A DNA stretch of 64,000 nt from Rebecca billardiae RCC1528. Its lineage: Eukaryota > Protista > Haptophyta. The stretch covers positions 1,612,001-1,676,000 of the forward strand of contig OZ251227.1 in assembly GCA_965240325.2 (NCBI GenBank), in the 5' to 3' direction. This document shows, piece by piece, positions 25,176-35,812 of the stretch. A program made the position numbers and the translations under genes. The notes below the pieces were generated by a model that was not told where the DNA came from, made no database searches, and was given only the letters and a program-made list of their open reading frames with translations. Position 1 is the stretch's first letter. Every line of letters starts with the position of its first letter.

Positions 25176-25493
25176 GATTGGGAGCCGCGGGATGCGGCCC
25201 CCGGACCCACGGCCGCGGTGCGCCGGAGCCCGGAATCCCCGCGAGGCCGCCGAGGCGCCAATATTTCGCGCCATTTTTCTCGCGGCACGTCGTCAACTCT
25301 CGGATGTGACTCCCTTGCTCGGATCGTCACTGTGGACTGTGGAGTTCAGAGTGTCCGAGCGACGCTCTCGCTCGCGACGACGGTTTGCACTTTCAACTTT
25401 GCCGCGCTGCGAGCCTTTGGCCGGGCCGGGGGGGCGCGAGCGCGCGGCGCGCAGCAAGAGTGCTCGCGGACGCGGGGTCTACCGGGTGTAGCT

Positions 25494-26524
25494 ATGGTGG
25501 CGACGAAGCGCTCGCGGTCCGCGCGCGAAGCGCCCGAGCCCAGGGGCCGAGGCCATGCGGCGAAGGGCAAGGCGGCCGTGACCAAGGCGGGTGGAAAGAA
25601 GAAGGCCGCGGCCGAGCCCGCCGGCCTCTCCGCTGCGCAGCTCGAGAAGATCCAGAAGGTGATGGACGCGCATGCGCTGCTGCGCGGGGTCGGGAAGGCC
25701 ATCGAGCAGCAGATCGAGCGGCACCCGATGCAGCGCGCGCCGGACGGGGGGGAGACCACGTTCAAGCCCATCGAGATCGAGATGCCCGAGGACCTCTACG
25801 AGCACTCGCGGATCGGCCGCGGCAAGTACGCAAGCGCGTGGCACAGGACGAAGGACAGGCGCGGCGAGGTCGTCCTCAAGCGCGAGCGGCTGCAGCGCGC
25901 GAAGGCGCTGCACAAGCAGGCCTTGCTCGACGAGGGTGCGCGCTCGAGCGCCGAGCGCATCAGCCTCCCGCCCTCTCCCCCCCCGCCCCGGCGCCCGTCC
26001 CGTCCACTGCCCCGTGCCACGCGCGCGCTGCGTGTTGGCCCTGTGCTGAACGCCTCGGCCGCGGCCGTCGACCCCGCGCCATGCGGCGTGCAGATGACGA
26101 CGAGGACGCGCAGCGCTGGTCGCAGCTCTCCAAGAAGCGGCAGGCCAAGTACCTCGAGATGGCCGGCGGCGCGGACGACGCGCACGACGACGAGGGCGCG
26201 GGCGAGGAGGGCGGCCATGCTGAGGATGCGGACGCGGAGGAGGAGGAGGGGGCGCCCTCTTCCACGCTCAAGGCCGAGAGCTGCTCGCTCGTGATGCACC
26301 CGGCGGTGGCGCACGAGACGCTCGCGCTGCCCAAGGAGGGCCCCTGCGTGATGCGCTGCTTCACGCTGCACGGCAAGCAGGAGGTGCACGCGCCGATCAT
26401 CAAGCTGCAGACGCGGTACAACTACGCGCGCCAGACGCTCACAGTCAAGGGCAAGGTGCAGTACAAGAAGTGGGAGGCGCGCGCAGAGGAGGCGGAGGAG
26501 GAGGAGGAGGCCAGCGCGCAGTGA
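25494..26524 (+). CDS. Hypothetical basic/acidic protein; intron 25936-26093
   Basis: MVATKRSRS... exon joined in frame by a GT..CAG intron to DDDEDAQRWSQLSKK...; coding-like codon usage. Confidence 0.7.
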
Positions 26525-26925
26525 GCGCCGTGGTATTGCCCGCGCGCGAGCTTGTGTCGCGCCCCCTCGCGCCCGGCGACGACTCGCAGCCATCGCAAGT
26601 GTGCTCGGCGCGGCGCGCCCTGAGCTGCACGACGCCGATAGCAACAGCGTCGACCAGTTTCGTCCAAGGCTCGTTCAATCGCTCTAAACGCTACTGTACG
26701 TGGTGTGTCCCGGCGATTCCCGCGCACGCGGAACCCGCTGGCAGCTTTGATAACTTTGACAGCTTGATGCCCTGGAGAGTGGAGGACGCCAATGCTTCGG
26801 GATGCCGGTGTTGCAAGTGACCTCGATCCCCTCGGGTCTCCACCGCCGACCACCGCGCGGGGTTAAAGGCCTAACGGGGACTGTGTCTGACACTGTGTGC
26901 GGTCGACTGCGTGCGGATATATCTC

Positions 26926-26954
26926 GAGGGTGCACCAGCCGCGGGCCCCTAACT
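26926..26954 (+). mobile_element. Truncated 3' subterminal motif of the E1-E5 family
   Basis: GAGGGTGCACC..CCGCGGGCCCCTAACTA resembles 56892-56916 but the terminal hairpin is missing. Confidence 0.5.
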
Positions 26955-27245
26955 AAGAGTCTAGCTGCGACGTTGATTTACGATGACGAAAAAGCCGACC
27001 ACGCCGGAACTTCGGCGGTCAGCGGCAAAATAAAATTTGTCGTCAGCAAATAATTCAGACGTGAGGATATATCCCCTATAACTACTAGCTAATACGACAA
27101 TAATCGGCTTAAAGTTAACTCACTACTCAGTTAACTGATAATAACTCGATTCCCGTCGAACGATTGAGCACCTTAGCAGGGCGCCCTTGGCGTCCTACAC
27201 TTAGCAGGGCGCCCTTGGCGTCCTACCACCGTGCAGCCTCACCAT

Positions 27246-27950
27246 TCACAGGCGCGTCACAATGGTGCGGTTCATGAGGAATACTGTCACAGCGCCCGTG
27301 CACGTCATGAGGTGCAGGATCTCCTGCGAGCCGAACGTCTTTGGCCACGGGTCTGGCCAGTGCGATGCGTACGCGACACCACCAAGCAGATACTGCAGCA
27401 GGGAGCCCATGTGCAGCCGCCACTCGGTGGTGGTGCAGCGCGCGTACATCATCGGCGCGGCGGAGAGGACGCATGCCACCATACCGATGGCCACCGCTGT
27501 CTCCGACCACCGGCCGCCGCGCTTGACGAATGAGTGTCGCGCGCCGACACCGAGGCAGCCCACAATGCCTGTGCCGACGATGATTGCCTTCTGCTGCGGA
27601 AGGAGAAGGGTCATCGGGCAGTACGCGCCGGCCACCATCATTAGAATGCCCACATGGTCGAGGTCCGAGATGAACTGCTCCGCAGCGAGGCTCCAGCGCC
27701 GCCGGTGGAACTGCGAGCTCACGCCGAACTGCACCGCCCAGCCGAGGATGAAGCCGAGAGCGCCCCACGTTGCGCGCGGCGTCGTGCAGCGCGAGAGGAG
27801 GTCCGCGGCGAAGAAGGGCGTAAGCGCAAAGAATATTTCGTGGCTGACGCCGCGTAGAGAGGGCTTCGGCTTGGAGCCGTCGCAGTAGAAGTACGTGTAC
27901 CGGTCGCTCCGCTGCGGCCCGTAGCCCAATCTCGTGAGCAAGGCCGCCAT
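27246..27950 (-). CDS. Hemolysin III / PAQR family membrane protein
   Basis: KPSLRGVSH, SSQFHR, DHVGILMMVAGAYCP and WPDPWPKTFGSQEILH motifs; about 7 TM segments. Confidence 0.9.
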   Translation of the reverse strand: MAALLTRLGYGPQRSDRYTYFYCDGSKPKPSLRGVSHEIFFALTPFFAADLLSRCTTPRATWGALGFILGWAVQFGVSSQFHRRRWSLAAEQFISDLDHVGILMMVAGAYCPMTLLLPQQKAIIVGTGIVGCLGVGARHSFVKRGGRWSETAVAIGMVACVLSAAPMMYARCTTTEWRLHMGSLLQYLLGGVAYASHWPDPWPKTFGSQEILHLMTCTGAVTVFLMNRTIVTRL

Positions 27951-28447
27951 TGCTGAATCAAGAAAAGGAAGCGCCCGGATCGCTTGCTCGCCAGCCGCCT
28001 TGCCACGGTGCATCTGACAGCACTTCAGCAATGCACGTGACGGAATTGATGAGAATCGTGGTTATTGGAATCACATGATTGGTGCATGCTTATTTATTGC
28101 TTTCTGTGAAGGACTGTCACGACAACGCGCTGCAGAGTGCAGTCACGCGTTCGTACAGTCGCTTCAGATCATCACAGCGAGACTGCCTCACGGTGCATGT
28201 GTGCTGTGCTGTCTGTCTGCGACCTGTTCAACTGGCACGGGTCGAGATCGGTGACACAGGCCGTCGCCGCGTGTCAGTCGTCAAGTGGTCAACCCAGTCA
28301 CGCATCGCCATCGGCACGGCGCGTCGTGCGGACCGGAGCCACGAGTCCCTGCAAGCCCGATCACCACTGTGAGGCTGCACCGCGGCTGACGTGCGCGTGC
28401 GAAGCCATGCGTCACACAGGTGCAAATGGCGTGCCCAACACATGGAC

Positions 28448-29257
28448 TCATGGCGTCAGCATGCGAAGCAAGTCCGAGCGAAGCGTCGCGTCCGACTGGA
28501 AGACGCCGTGCAGCGCGCGCGTCGTCGTGCGCGCACCCGGCTGCTGCACACCGCGCATGGACATGCACATGTGTGCGCACTCGACGATCACGGCGACGCC
28601 CTTGGGCGCGAGGTGCTCCATGAGCGCGGTGGCGACCTGCACCGGCCGTCCAACGAGGGGATGCGGTGTGAGGGGGCGGATGGCCTGCGCCGTGTACGCG
28701 CGCGCGCGCACACGCACCTGCTCTGTCAACCTCTCCTGCACCTGCAGCCTGCGTGCGTACATACCCACCAGCCGGCCGAGCTTGGACAGGCCGATCACCT
28801 TCCCGTCGGGCACGTAAGCGACGTGCGCCTTACCGTAGAACGGGAGCATGTGATGCTCGCACAGCGAGTGCACGCCGATGTCGCGCACAATGACCATGTC
28901 GCCGCACCGATCCTCGTTAAAGATGGCATCGCCGATCACGTCGGCGGGGGACAAGAGGTAGCCGGCCGTGCAGTCGAGGAGGGCCTTCGACATGCGCGCC
29001 GGGGTGTCGACGAGGCCCTCGCGCTCCGGGTCCTCGCCGAGGCACTCAAGCAGCGTGCGCACCGCCGCCTCCATCCGCTCGCGCTTCCGCTTTTTCGCGA
29101 TGCCGGCTGAGCCAGCGTTGGCGTCCTGGTCGTCGCGGCTGTGCACTGCATTGACAACCTCGTCAGACGCGTACAGTACGTCGACAGGCCGCTTTGCGCT
29201 CGGGCTAGGCGAGTCCGCCCGCTTGCCCTCGGCCTCCAGCGTGTCCTCGGCGATCAT
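28448..29257 (-). CDS. GCH1: GTP cyclohydrolase I; in-frame intron 28637-28717
   Basis: [40 protein letters not shown] and HMCMSMRGV; zinc ligands intact. Confidence 0.97.
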   Translation of the reverse strand: MIAEDTLEAEGKRADSPSPSAKRPVDVLYASDEVVNAVHSRDDQDANAGSAGIAKKRKRERMEAAVRTLLECLGEDPEREGLVDTPARMSKALLDCTAGYLLSPADVIGDAIFNEDRCGDMVIVRDIGVHSLCEHHMLPFYGKAHVAYVPDGKVIGLSKLGRLVGMYARRLQVQERLTEQVRVRARAYTAQAIRPLTPHPLVGRPVQVATALMEHLAPKGVAVIVECAHMCMSMRGVQQPGARTTTRALHGVFQSDATLRSDLLRMLTP

Positions 29258-29549
29258 CTCCGCCGTTGAATGGGTGTGGGGACGTGGCCGTGCGACGCCC
29301 TCAGTTGGCCGGGGCAGCTGACGAACGCAGCTCGCGCGCCTCAAATAATTCGATCGATGAATACGGGGCGGGATCCGGCTCTATCTGCTGAAGATCCCGG
29401 TCCGGTCCGGGGGGCGGGGGAAGCATTTGCGCTCGCCAGGGAGCCACCCTGGCGAGCGCCGCCCAGTGAGCCTCGCCGTCGCCGTCGGGCAAGTGTCGTG
29501 GCTCCGGCGGAAGGAGGTTAGACGGCGAGCCCCGCGCGCTGCAGTGGCT

Positions 29550-30839
29550 ATGACTGGTCAGCGAGCCGTGACCGTCGTGGCGGTGCTGGTCCTGTCGGTC
29601 GCACGGGCGCACCCGGACTACATCGACACGTCCCTCTGCGGCGAGGCGGCGCACCCGGACGGGCCCCACAAGGGACACGGCGCCCCGGTGCTTGACAGAG
29701 ACCTCAGCCTCCGCTTCTTCTGGGCAACACCAGACAATTCTGTGGCCCTTGACGATGCCACCGAGTACCCCGCCTACGACGAGTGGGTGGCACAGAACGG
29801 TCACCTCGAGCTGCCGCCGGGCGCGTTTGCCCCTGGCGAGCGCCTGGTGGCCCTCCTCGCCTGCGGGGGCGGGCGCACGTGCCAGGTGCTCATGACAGCC
29901 ACGGCGGGTGCGTTTGAAGACCGCGGGATCAATAACGACGGGGACGCGCAGCAAGACGCGGCAGTTCGCTGCAGCGGGCGCCGTGTGGACGTCCGCGGAG
30001 CCAATTTGGCCTACCACCCCCTCGTGTGGACTGCCCCGGCAGCCGGGTCGGGCCCCGTGGCATTCGGCGTGACCGCCGCCGCGTCCCAGTCCTCCTCCTA
30101 TCTCCGCCTCACGCCTTCCCACGTCGTTGCCGCAAACGCGTCTCTGGCGCGGCCCGGGGGGGCACCTGCAGGTCCGCCCGCACCCCGGGAGAAGCGGATG
30201 GCCCTCGTGCTCGTGCTCCACGGCTGGTTTGCGGCGCTTGCCTTCGCCGTCGCCTTTCCCCTCGCGGCCGCCCTTGCGTGGGCCACGCGCCCACTCCGGA
30301 GAGGGCGGTCAGCCACGGCTGCGCAGCCAGAGCCTTCCCACGCTCCTGTTGGCGCACTCGCGGGGTTGGCCTCCAAGCGCGTGTCGGCACACAAGCGACT
30401 CGCCTACACTGGGGCAGTGCTCGCAGCCGTGGCCTTCGTCCTCGTCTTCGCCTACAACAGCGCCCCGGGCTTGGACCACTTCTGGGACTCCCACAGCCAT
30501 TGGGGCATCGCTGCCCTCATCCTTGCAGCGAATCAAGTGCAGGGGGGGCTCCTGCGCCCACCAAATGCGGGCGCGGGCGAGAGGCCTTCGAGCGAGCGCC
30601 TGCGGTGGCGCGCCGTCCACGGCATTGCGGGGCTCCTCACCCTCACTGCCGGTGTCGTGGCCACGTGGAAGGGTCTGAATGACGCGGCTCACGAGGGCGC
30701 CGTTGCGGGCGCGCTGCTCGCGCGGATCGTGACGACGGTGTGGCTGTGTATTCTCATCATGGCTGTTCTTGCAGGGGAGGTGCGCCGGCGATTCGCTACC
30801 GAGGCTGTGCTTGAGACGGGGGCTGCCGCCGAGAAATGA
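29550..30839 (+). CDS. Signal peptide + Reeler-like domain + cytochrome b561 domain (ferric-chelate-reductase-like)
   Basis: Four heme-ligand-type His in TM helices (LHGW, AHKRL, HSHWG, VHGIAG), QVQGGLLRP and RLRWRAVH; WTAPAAGSGPVAF is Reeler-like. Confidence 0.8.
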   Translation: MTGQRAVTVVAVLVLSVARAHPDYIDTSLCGEAAHPDGPHKGHGAPVLDRDLSLRFFWATPDNSVALDDATEYPAYDEWVAQNGHLELPPGAFAPGERLVALLACGGGRTCQVLMTATAGAFEDRGINNDGDAQQDAAVRCSGRRVDVRGANLAYHPLVWTAPAAGSGPVAFGVTAAASQSSSYLRLTPSHVVAANASLARPGGAPAGPPAPREKRMALVLVLHGWFAALAFAVAFPLAAALAWATRPLRRGRSATAAQPEPSHAPVGALAGLASKRVSAHKRLAYTGAVLAAVAFVLVFAYNSAPGLDHFWDSHSHWGIAALILAANQVQGGLLRPPNAGAGERPSSERLRWRAVHGIAGLLTLTAGVVATWKGLNDAAHEGAVAGALLARIVTTVWLCILIMAVLAGEVRRRFATEAVLETGAAAEK

Positions 30840-31334
30840 CGAATGAGGCGCCGCCGCCGCGCCGGCCTAAGGCCAGTAACTATGCAAGGCCAAAGGTGCA
30901 CGCGTCGGCCGCGCGCGCGCGCGCATACGAACGTCGTAGACGTATTATCGGTGTCACTCACAAACGTGTCTCGGATTCGCCCACCTATAAGTCGGCGATT
31001 GCCGATTGCCTTCGGCTGGCAGGCAGTGGCAGATCACAACGGTGCGGATCCGTACGGGCTGAGGGGAGAATCTCACATATTGACGCAATCAGACCGCGTC
31101 GTAATCAAGTCGGCAGCGATATCGTCTCACAGGCTGTTTTCACACCTAAATCCACCGCTACAAAAATCCCTCAAATCCTGCTGCGCGCATCTGATCCATT
31201 TCATCCTCTTTTTTGATTTTGCGGAGCACGTGCGCCGGCCCCCGCCCCCCCCGCCCCCCGGCTTTCGCTCGTAACGCTCAGACCTTTGGCGGGGGGCGGG
31301 GGGGTGCGCCATAACACCGAATACGGTTACTTAG

Positions 31335-32816
31335 CTAGTACTTGCGTCGCACTGCGTCCGCCACGCGTAACACGTCCACCATCTCCTTCACATCGTGAAC
31401 GCGGTGAATGTCCACAGCTGGGACACAACACGCTGTGGCAGCCGCGGTTGCCCATACGCGATCTGCAGCTGTCGGGGCGTGCACGATATCCTCATCGCTC
31501 ACGGGCCACAGGCCTGTCGCGCTGTGCTGGAGCACACCGCCGAGCCAGGCCTTGCGCGACAGCCCCATGAGCACCGGCAGGTCTCCCAGCCCCGCGCGCA
31601 CCACATCCAGGTGCTGCAAGACGGCCAAGTTATCCGCAGGGGACTTGCTGATACCGAGCCCAGGGTCCATGACCACGTCGAAGCGGGGCAGCCCTGCGGC
31701 GAGGGCGAGCTGGGTCTGCGCTCCGAGCTCAGCCACCACAGCTTCTGCCACGCCCCCAGGCCAGCGCGAGAAGTCCCCCTGCCCTGAGCCCAACCCTTTG
31801 CGCACCCATGCAGCTTTGGACATGCGTGCGCTGTACTTGCGTGTGCTCTCCTCCATGCAGTGCATGAGGATGAAGGGCACTCCCAGGCGGGTGGCCAATG
31901 GCGCCATGCGCTCGTCGACAGTGCCACCAGATATGTCGTTCACAATGTCTGCACCGGCGGCAACAGCCTCCTCGGCCACCGCGGCGCTGAATGTGTCCAC
32001 GGAGATGGGTACCGAGAGCCCACTCGCTCGCAAGGCACGCACGGCTGGCACGACGCGCGCCATCTCGCGCGCCTCCGCAGCACCAGTCACGCCCGTCGCA
32101 TAGCCTCCAATGTCGATCACGTCGGCCCCTGCCGCCACCATCGCGAGGGCGTGGCGGCTAGCAGCCTCTAGCGCGGCCGCGCTGGGCTCATCCTTCACGT
32201 GTGGCGTATCCGAGTCGGGGGACATGTTCAGGATTCCCATCACGTAACTGCGCGCGCCCCAGGTCCACACCTGCGCGGGCGAGCCCGACAAAGGGCAGGC
32301 CGCGCGCGCGCCAAAGGCACGGGGTAGGGCGGGTACCACCCGCTCGCCTGCGAGCTCAGAAACCGTGCGGCTGGTCGGCGGGAGCCGCAAATCACCCGCC
32401 ACCTCGGCAAGCGCCTGCAGCAGCGCCTGGTGCCTCTCGCCGCCCCGCGGCGCAGGCGCGTCGAGCGCGAGGCCGCCGCCGGCGTAGCTGGCGTCGTCTA
32501 GTGCGACGAGATCGACATCCGTCGCTGTTGTGGAGCTGGGCAGTGCCACCGCCGCTGCTCGAACGCTCGCAGCTACCGCCGTGGCAGCGGCGAGCAGCTC
32601 AACCACGGAGGCACTCGTCTCCACCCCTGCAACTGCGTGAAGCGTCGCGTCAGCCGCGGGAACGCCCCTAGCCTCCGGAGGTGGCGATGGAGAGCATACA
32701 AGCGACGATGTGCGCACGACCCGCCCGACGTTGCCCAGCTCGCGCAGCGCGGCGCGCACGGCTGCGACCCGGTCCCCTGAGCCCGCACGGAGGCCGAACC
32801 ACGCGACGCGCACCAT
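31335..32816 (-). CDS. Divergent HPPK-DHPS (FolK-FolP) fusion
   Basis: YVMGILN, DVIDIGG, ISVDT, IVNDISGG, ILMH, DPGLG, GLSRK and RVHDV; the N-terminal ~160 aa follow the HPPK pattern (GDR..AL..L, SSL, VET...ELL, DVDLV, LAEV). Confidence 0.93.
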   Translation of the reverse strand: MVRVAWFGLRAGSGDRVAAVRAALRELGNVGRVVRTSSLVCSPSPPPEARGVPAADATLHAVAGVETSASVVELLAAATAVAASVRAAAVALPSSTTATDVDLVALDDASYAGGGLALDAPAPRGGERHQALLQALAEVAGDLRLPPTSRTVSELAGERVVPALPRAFGARAACPLSGSPAQVWTWGARSYVMGILNMSPDSDTPHVKDEPSAAALEAASRHALAMVAAGADVIDIGGYATGVTGAAEAREMARVVPAVRALRASGLSVPISVDTFSAAVAEEAVAAGADIVNDISGGTVDERMAPLATRLGVPFILMHCMEESTRKYSARMSKAAWVRKGLGSGQGDFSRWPGGVAEAVVAELGAQTQLALAAGLPRFDVVMDPGLGISKSPADNLAVLQHLDVVRAGLGDLPVLMGLSRKAWLGGVLQHSATGLWPVSDEDIVHAPTAADRVWATAAATACCVPAVDIHRVHDVKEMVDVLRVADAVRRKY

Positions 32817-32891
32817 GCTGCACGTAACCTGGAGGTCCGGGCCGGTTGCTGGAGCTCCTGACCTCCCCTGTCCTGACCAATCGTACCATAA

Positions 32892-33504
32892 TGTATGGAG
32901 CGCTCGTTGGAACTTGAGCGGGGGTGGAACTTGACATCGCATTTCCCAGCGAAGTGCCCCATCTCGGCGGGGCTGGCACGGTCGGCACACGCTCCTGAGC
33001 GCTCGCTTTGCGGTGCGGCAGGCCTTGGACAGCCCAGACAGACATGCCGCGACCGAATTACCGGGCCATGCGCGCACCACACCCGCGCTACATGGCCTAC
33101 GCGCTGGACGACTGAGAGGCAACGCCGAACCACTGCATTCCACTGCCCCGCATGCACCCCGAGTCACCTTCAGAGCGCGTCGACGAGCGCAGAGCGGGTG
33201 CGTGGGAGTTCGACCAACTCGTGTACCTTCTTGCAAGCACCAGCGGCGAGGTCGCAAGCCGAACCTTGACCAGCCGTGGAACTTGAGCTGGTCGGCAGCA
33301 AAACCACCGTTCAACCCGGATCAAGTTAGCAGCGTGCGAGGAGGAGGCGCGGTGCGCGTCCGCGGCTGGCGAGAGGCGTCCGGACCGTGCCGTTCTCGGC
33401 CGCGCCCGCGCGCTTCCCGCCGCCGCGGGCCCCGTGTACGCCCGTCGTCGCCCTCGCCGCGCGGGCGCCAAACCGGCGTCAAGTTCCAACGAGCGCTCCA
33501 TACA
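32892..33504. mobile_element. MITE-like element with 26-bp perfect inverted repeat
   Basis: TGTATGGAGCGCTCGTTGGAACTTGA (32892-32917) is the reverse complement of 33479-33504; extra GGAACTTGA motifs lie inside. Confidence 0.75.
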
Positions 33505-33540
33505 CGGTCGAGCACCCCTCGCTGTGCGAGGGGTCCGGCG

Positions 33541-34116
33541 GAAAGGACAGTGGCACCCTGGTCAATCTGGCCCCGCGCCCCTCTCGCGGGCTCTGGCGCG
33601 CGAACGCTTTGTCACTAGTGGCTGCCGAGCCGTAGATTGGCGCTCCGTGCACCAACAAAGACATCCCCAGCCGCATGTTGCCACTCGACACCTCGTCTCG
33701 CCTCGCGCGGAGCCAACTTGTGGTGTGCGGGAGCTACCCGAAGCACAGGCTGTGCTGCGCGCGGCGCGTCGCGAGTCGGGAGTGCATCGGAGCACACGGC
33801 GGTGCATGACGTGCCATGAGGCAGACATGAGTATGTATTCAACGGATTGCGCGTGCGACGCCGTCGCGATGCACTGTTGACCCGCCACGCGTGTCGCTAC
33901 ACGGCCCAGTGTGCTTCGAGTGGCTCCCGCACACCACAAGTTGGCTCCGCGCGAGGCAAGACGAGGTGTCGAGTGGCAACATGCGGCTGGGGATGTCTTT
34001 GTTGGTGCACGGAGCGCCAATCTACGGCTCGGCGGCCACTAGTGGATACGCGTTCGCGCGCCAGAGCCCGCGAGAGGGGCGCGGGGCCAGATTGACCTGG
34101 GTGCCACTGTCCTTTC
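33541..34116. mobile_element. Foldback element with ~205-bp inverted arms
   Basis: 33541-33747 matches the reverse complement of ~33910-34116 with scattered mismatches. Confidence 0.85.
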
Positions 34117-35230
34117 TGTTGGCGGTGTCGCAGAGCGACCCGCCGGCCGTTACAGGGCCATTAGAAGGCAGTGTACTAATTCTATGATTTAATTAAAGAC
34201 ACAGTCACGAGGGCGCAGCTCTCCTGATTCGTCTGTAGTGGTACTCCACCCGTCCCAGAAACCCCGTGAGCCCGTCTTCGGCTCAGCGGGCTCATGACAT
34301 TCCATGGAATGTCATGAGCGCCCGGACTATTATTAAAACTGACCGCCACGCACTAGTTGCGGGTATTTTTCAATACCACGGACTCGACTCGAGCCTTGAC
34401 GTATGGGGCTGGGACGGGTGGGTCGAAGCTTGCAGCAGTGGCAGTGGTGTGAGCATTCTATTCCTTTGGTGTGAGCACGTTGACGTTCAGGTCGCCATCA
34501 TGGTGGACGTCGTTGTTATCGTCGTCGACGTCGTCAGGCCCACCGGGGAGATGTATGGGTACTTTATCCATACCGTACTCGGTACGTATGGCGGGCCGTA
34601 GGTCCGCCCCTTGTAGTGCCCGGGAAAAAGATAAGAAAAAGATAAGAAAAAGAAAATCGCCTCGCCAAGAAAAGAATATCGCCTCGCTCACTACCGGGCG
34701 CCCTCGCAGCTCCCACTGGGGACGCTCGGCCGAAAACCATCTGGCGCCTGGCGCGGAGCGCGTGGGCGGCGCGCGCCGAATCCAACGCCGGCGCGGACAT
34801 CGTGAGAGGACTCCCGAACGGTGCTTTCGCCCGATTCGCGATTGCTGCCCTCGTCGTCTCGCGTGCAGGTCGAACGAGGGCCAAAGTCGACGCGTTTGGA
34901 GGTACGCTCGGCGCGTCGACACGATCGTGCGACCTGGGGCGGTCCTCGCCCGACTTGCACGTCGAGCGCTCGCACGAGCCATAGCATCAAGCGCTGCGCA
35001 CGATGGCCGCCTCGCTCGATTCACCGTCGCGCGTCGGGCTCGGTGCGGAAAGGCCCTCATCACGAGGTGTCTCGCGGGCGGGAAGCGCCATCCCACGCGA
35101 CGCAAGATTTGGCGCGGCCTTCTGAACACCATAACCGGAATCCACACACCGGACTATCCAGGTGCCCCGGTTGGCAAGGTCGGGCGCATGCAAATCCGTT
35201 TGCTACGGTCGGTGGCGTTGTCCGGCCTGC

Positions 35231-35812
35231 ATGGCGTCGACGGTGGCCAATGCGACGGAGGGGCAGCGCAAAGCGGCGTACGACGCGCACTGCACGCACC
35301 TGCTGGGTCTGCCGCCGTGGCAGGAATCGCGTCTTCGCGAGTCGGCGACTGAGGCGACAGCGCGCTATCACCGATCCCAGATGCGCACTGTCCGCGACGA
35401 GATGAAACGTCGCGCGTGCAGAATCGCCGCCCCATCCTCCACCATGGCACGGGCGCTGCGGGACGAGGCCGACGTCGTGAAGCCGGTGACGCATGCGCTG
35501 CGCTTCCTGTGCCTGCTCGAGCAGCGCGTGCCCACCCTCGATCGCGAGTGGCACACGCTCTCGCACTGCGCGCGCGCGCACCACCAACAGCTCCTGATAC
35601 CGCCGAACGTGCGAGTGCCGGACCTGTCGCACGGAGCGGCGAGCGCCGACGAACGCTTGGACCTGGACGCGCTGTTGCGCAGCGTGGCGGCCGTGCACGG
35701 CGCCGACGCGACCTTCGCCGAACCTCGTGCCCGGAGCGGACATTGGCATCCTCGCGACACACGATCTCAGCTGGCGGCAGGAGGAGATGCTCTTTCGTCA
35801 TCCTGCCCGTAA
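35231..35812 (+). pseudogene. Unrecognised ORF remnant carried inside the TIR element
   Basis: Coding-like frame (MASTVANA...) that appears to continue in another frame (GADIGILATHDLSWRQEEMLF); no family recognised. Confidence 0.35.

Noticed and set aside
22311-26294. 1327-aa plus-strand ORF and the many other long Arg/Ala/Pro-rich ORFs
   Set aside because: Shadow frames of real genes in stop-poor GC-rich DNA; only 25494-25935 of this frame is a plausible exon.
31230-31310. C-run/G-run inverted repeat as a terminator
   Set aside because: Eukaryotic context and low-complexity pairing; no function can be supported.
32817-33314. N-terminal extension of HPPK-DHPS given in the ORF track (659 aa)
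   Set aside because: It uses a non-ATG start and runs through a MITE inverted repeat; homology begins at ATG 32816.
35231-35812. Missing pathway enzyme (DHNA/FPGS) of the pterin cluster
   Set aside because: No motif match, apparently frameshifted, and located inside a TIR element.
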